Shown: positions 61,958-64,000 of the stretch, one piece after another
How positions within the stretch are numbered: the first letter of the stretch is position 1
Layout of the letters: the number at the start of each line of letters is the position of its first letter
Assembly: GCA_965223845.1 (NCBI GenBank)
Contig: CBDCXR010000004.1
Location: forward strand, 5,152,001 to 5,216,000
Direction: 5' to 3'
DNA length: 64,000 nt
Source of the DNA: Planctomycetota bacterium
Lineage (GTDB): Bacteria > Planctomycetota > UBA8108 > SXIK01
Notes under the pieces: generated by a model
Databases searched by the model: none
Seen by the model: only the letters and a program-made list of their open reading frames with translations
Told to the model about the DNA's origin: nothing
Made by a program: the position numbers and the translations under genes

Positions 61958-62290
61958 GTGGTACAAGTTATCGGCGGCATCTGCGTGGGCCGCAAGATGG
62001 GAAAAGAGGCGGTGAGCAAGCAGGATCTCTGCAGCTGCATGGACGGCGATTCCAGTGGTATTATTGAAGGGTTGGACATGGACAGCCGAGCGCATGACTT
62101 AATGGAGCCGATGTGGCAGCTTTCGCCCGGCGAAGAAATGTCGTTTTTCTACCAGCATTGCCATGATTGCAACATTAGTTACATGGGGCCAAATAGTAGC
62201 CCTAACGCCCCTTCTCAGTTTTCCGCCTTTCCGTTTGCGGAAATGTATGGAGATTTGGGTGTTGACCGGGAAGATGTTGATATTAACTAA
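61958..62290 (+). CDS. Hypothetical ORF or gene remnant in lower-GC DNA
   Basis: Open frame only; no recognisable motif. Confidence 0.25.
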   Translation: MVQVIGGICVGRKMGKEAVSKQDLCSCMDGDSSGIIEGLDMDSRAHDLMEPMWQLSPGEEMSFFYQHCHDCNISYMGPNSSPNAPSQFSAFPFAEMYGDLGVDREDVDIN

Positions 62291-62433
62291 CGAGGTTTTC
62301 TCGTATGAGTCAATTCCACGTCGCCTCCTTCCGCGATCGTTGGTCAGGTCCGTCTTGCCGTGAAATAGATTTTTGGTGTCAGCCGATTGATCGACAGTCG
62401 GTCGAGGCTTACAACCGAACGAGGCGCAATGCG

Positions 62434-62877
62434 CTATTGACGTTTGTAGATGGACCGCGCGGTGTCGTCCTCGATGAATAGATCTCCGGAATCCGAAAAC
62501 CCGTAAGTACATTCGTAATGTATAAATCTGTCGCCTGTTTCCGGGTACACCTTTAGCCGATTTCCTCTTAAAGAAAACGGAAGTCGCAATGTCTTAGGCC
62601 CATCCTCGAACGGCGACTTGATAAGAATATGCCTATCTCTGCTAATGGTTATTTCAGAGCTTAGAGGGGGATGGTAAAAGGAGGTTCTTTTTCTCTCATT
62701 GAGAAACTCCAGTTGTCGATTTTCCCAAACACCCACTAATTCCCTCAAGTGATGCCATTCGACAATTGTGTTCCACCGCAGGGCGAGCAAGGCGACGAGG
62801 GATATAGTTAGTGATCCGAAAAGCAGGGTGACTATCTTTCCTCTCATGACGAACCTCGCGCGCAGTTTCGAAGCCAT
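62434..62877 (-). CDS. Hypothetical membrane-anchored protein (lower GC)
   Basis: GAGG RBS, N-terminal TM segment, then LVGVW followed by a beta-rich domain. Confidence 0.6.
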   Translation of the reverse strand: MASKLRARFVMRGKIVTLLFGSLTISLVALLALRWNTIVEWHHLRELVGVWENRQLEFLNERKRTSFYHPPLSSEITISRDRHILIKSPFEDGPKTLRLPFSLRGNRLKVYPETGDRFIHYECTYGFSDSGDLFIEDDTARSIYKRQ

Positions 62878-63216
62878 ACCTCAAATCCAACGAATCTAAA
62901 CTCGAGTCGAAAGAACCCCACCGAACGAGTGTCCAGGCTCGATCTTCGACCGCAATCGAATAGGTGTGCAATTGTCGCGGCTAACGGGAGTGGCGTCAAA
63001 AGCCGGGAAGCCCCCGAACCCAAAGATGTTAACGCCCAGCCGACACAGCCTCGAACCCGGTCACCGTGGGGAGTGGCAAAATAGAAGTAGGCGATAAAGA
63101 CTGTGGTGGCGCGGGCCCCGAGGGTCGAATGCGACTCCGGCCGTGCCCCAACTCGCCCGAATCAATCGAAGTTGCCGCCCGGCGGCAAGCACTCAGTCGC
63201 TAACCGCGAACCTGGG

Positions 63217-63462
63217 AGCAGCCCTTCCCCACCAGCGCGCCCGTTACTGGCGCGCTCAAAGAAGCCCCCGAATCCGGTCCATCCATAGGAGACTACGTAT
63301 AAACAACTATATCGTCGCGAATCTCAACTGCCGAGTGGTACTCGAAACGTGCTCGGGCTCTCCCGAATCAACAGCATTCGCCCTCGCGCACCAACTTCTC
63401 AATCACAAACCCCAATCCGGAAGCAGCCCCTCCCCGCCAGCGCGCCGGTAATTGGCGCACTC
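63217..63462. repeat. Imperfect 41-bp direct repeat pair
   Basis: 63217-63257 versus 63422-63462, 35/41 identical by manual alignment. Confidence 0.7.
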
Positions 63463-63724
63463 GGATCGCGATCGAACGCGGTCAGAGCCCAGTCAGAGCC
63501 GCCCGGGCGCGCGATTCTTCGTCCCGCCTGTGAGCGCTCAAACGCTCAAGTCGCTCGTCCGATCGTCAGGCTGTCAATGCCGGCCGAAAAGCTCGCCTAT
63601 TCGCCGGGGAACGCGGAGTTTCGGGCGCACGCCGAGCTACCCCGCGACTCCGCTTCGCGATGCATCTCCGTACCCCGACTTCCGGTAAGCAGCGGATGCC
63701 TCAGACCGGACACCCCCGACCGGG

Positions 63725-64000
63725 CTAAACCGATTCGTCGTCGAGGAACGCGGCGCGGTCGACCTTGAGCGCACGCATGATGCGCTGGAGAGCGGCACGA
63801 GTGAGACCACAACTCTGTGCGGCCTTGGTGACGTTTCCGTGCGCTCGCCGGAGAGCGTCCTGAACGTACTGGCGCTGGAAACGCTCGACGGCTCGCTTCT
63901 TCCCCTCGTCGTAGCTCAGGTCCTCGTCGAGCGGGTTCGGCGATGCGTCCTTCGAGTCGTCGAGACCGAGATTGTGGGCCCGGATCGTATCCCCGTGCGT
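63725..64000 (-). CDS. C-terminus of a Fis-HTH sigma54-dependent transcriptional activator (partial; runs off the window)
   Basis: Manual translation: ...LSYDEGKKRAVERFQRQYVQDALRRAHGNVTKAAQSCGLTRAALQRIMRALKV...DESV*. Confidence 0.8.
   Translation of the reverse strand, partial: THGDTIRAHNLGLDDSKDASPNPLDEDLSYDEGKKRAVERFQRQYVQDALRRAHGNVTKAAQSCGLTRAALQRIMRALKVDRAAFLDDESV

Noticed and set aside
63021-63045. Possible right inverted repeat of the IS (reverse complement TGTC..ATCTTTG)
   Set aside because: Spacing differs by 3 nt from the left end, the middle does not match, and no target duplication is visible.

Overview
High-GC bacterial window. The gene content (dockerin-like C-terminal domains, PQQ-like propellers, DUF6797/LamG proteins, Tat-exported Gfo/Idh/MocA) suggests Planctomycetota; this is an inference. 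The left 40 kb holds truB, several large secreted proteins sharing a Cys-terminated dockerin-like tail, a Ser/Thr kinase, and a stand-alone formyltransferase-A(monooxygenase)-PCP NRPS module with its PPTase. It also holds a gene the ORF track truncates: an exported thioredoxin-like protein with an in-frame TGA followed by a SECIS-like hairpin, a candidate selenoprotein. The right 24 kb is a minus-strand respiratory island: diheme cytochrome c, narGHJI, narK, alternative complex III (actABCDEF), an amidohydrolase, then a separately promoted NRT2-type nitrate transporter fused to a DoxX-like domain. The two promoters share a sigma54-type -24/-12 element plus three upstream motifs at identical spacing. 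A Fis-HTH sigma54 activator lies at the window edge, separated from the operon by a broken IS481-like element and lower-GC DNA. All assignments come from motif recognition by eye; no searches were run.
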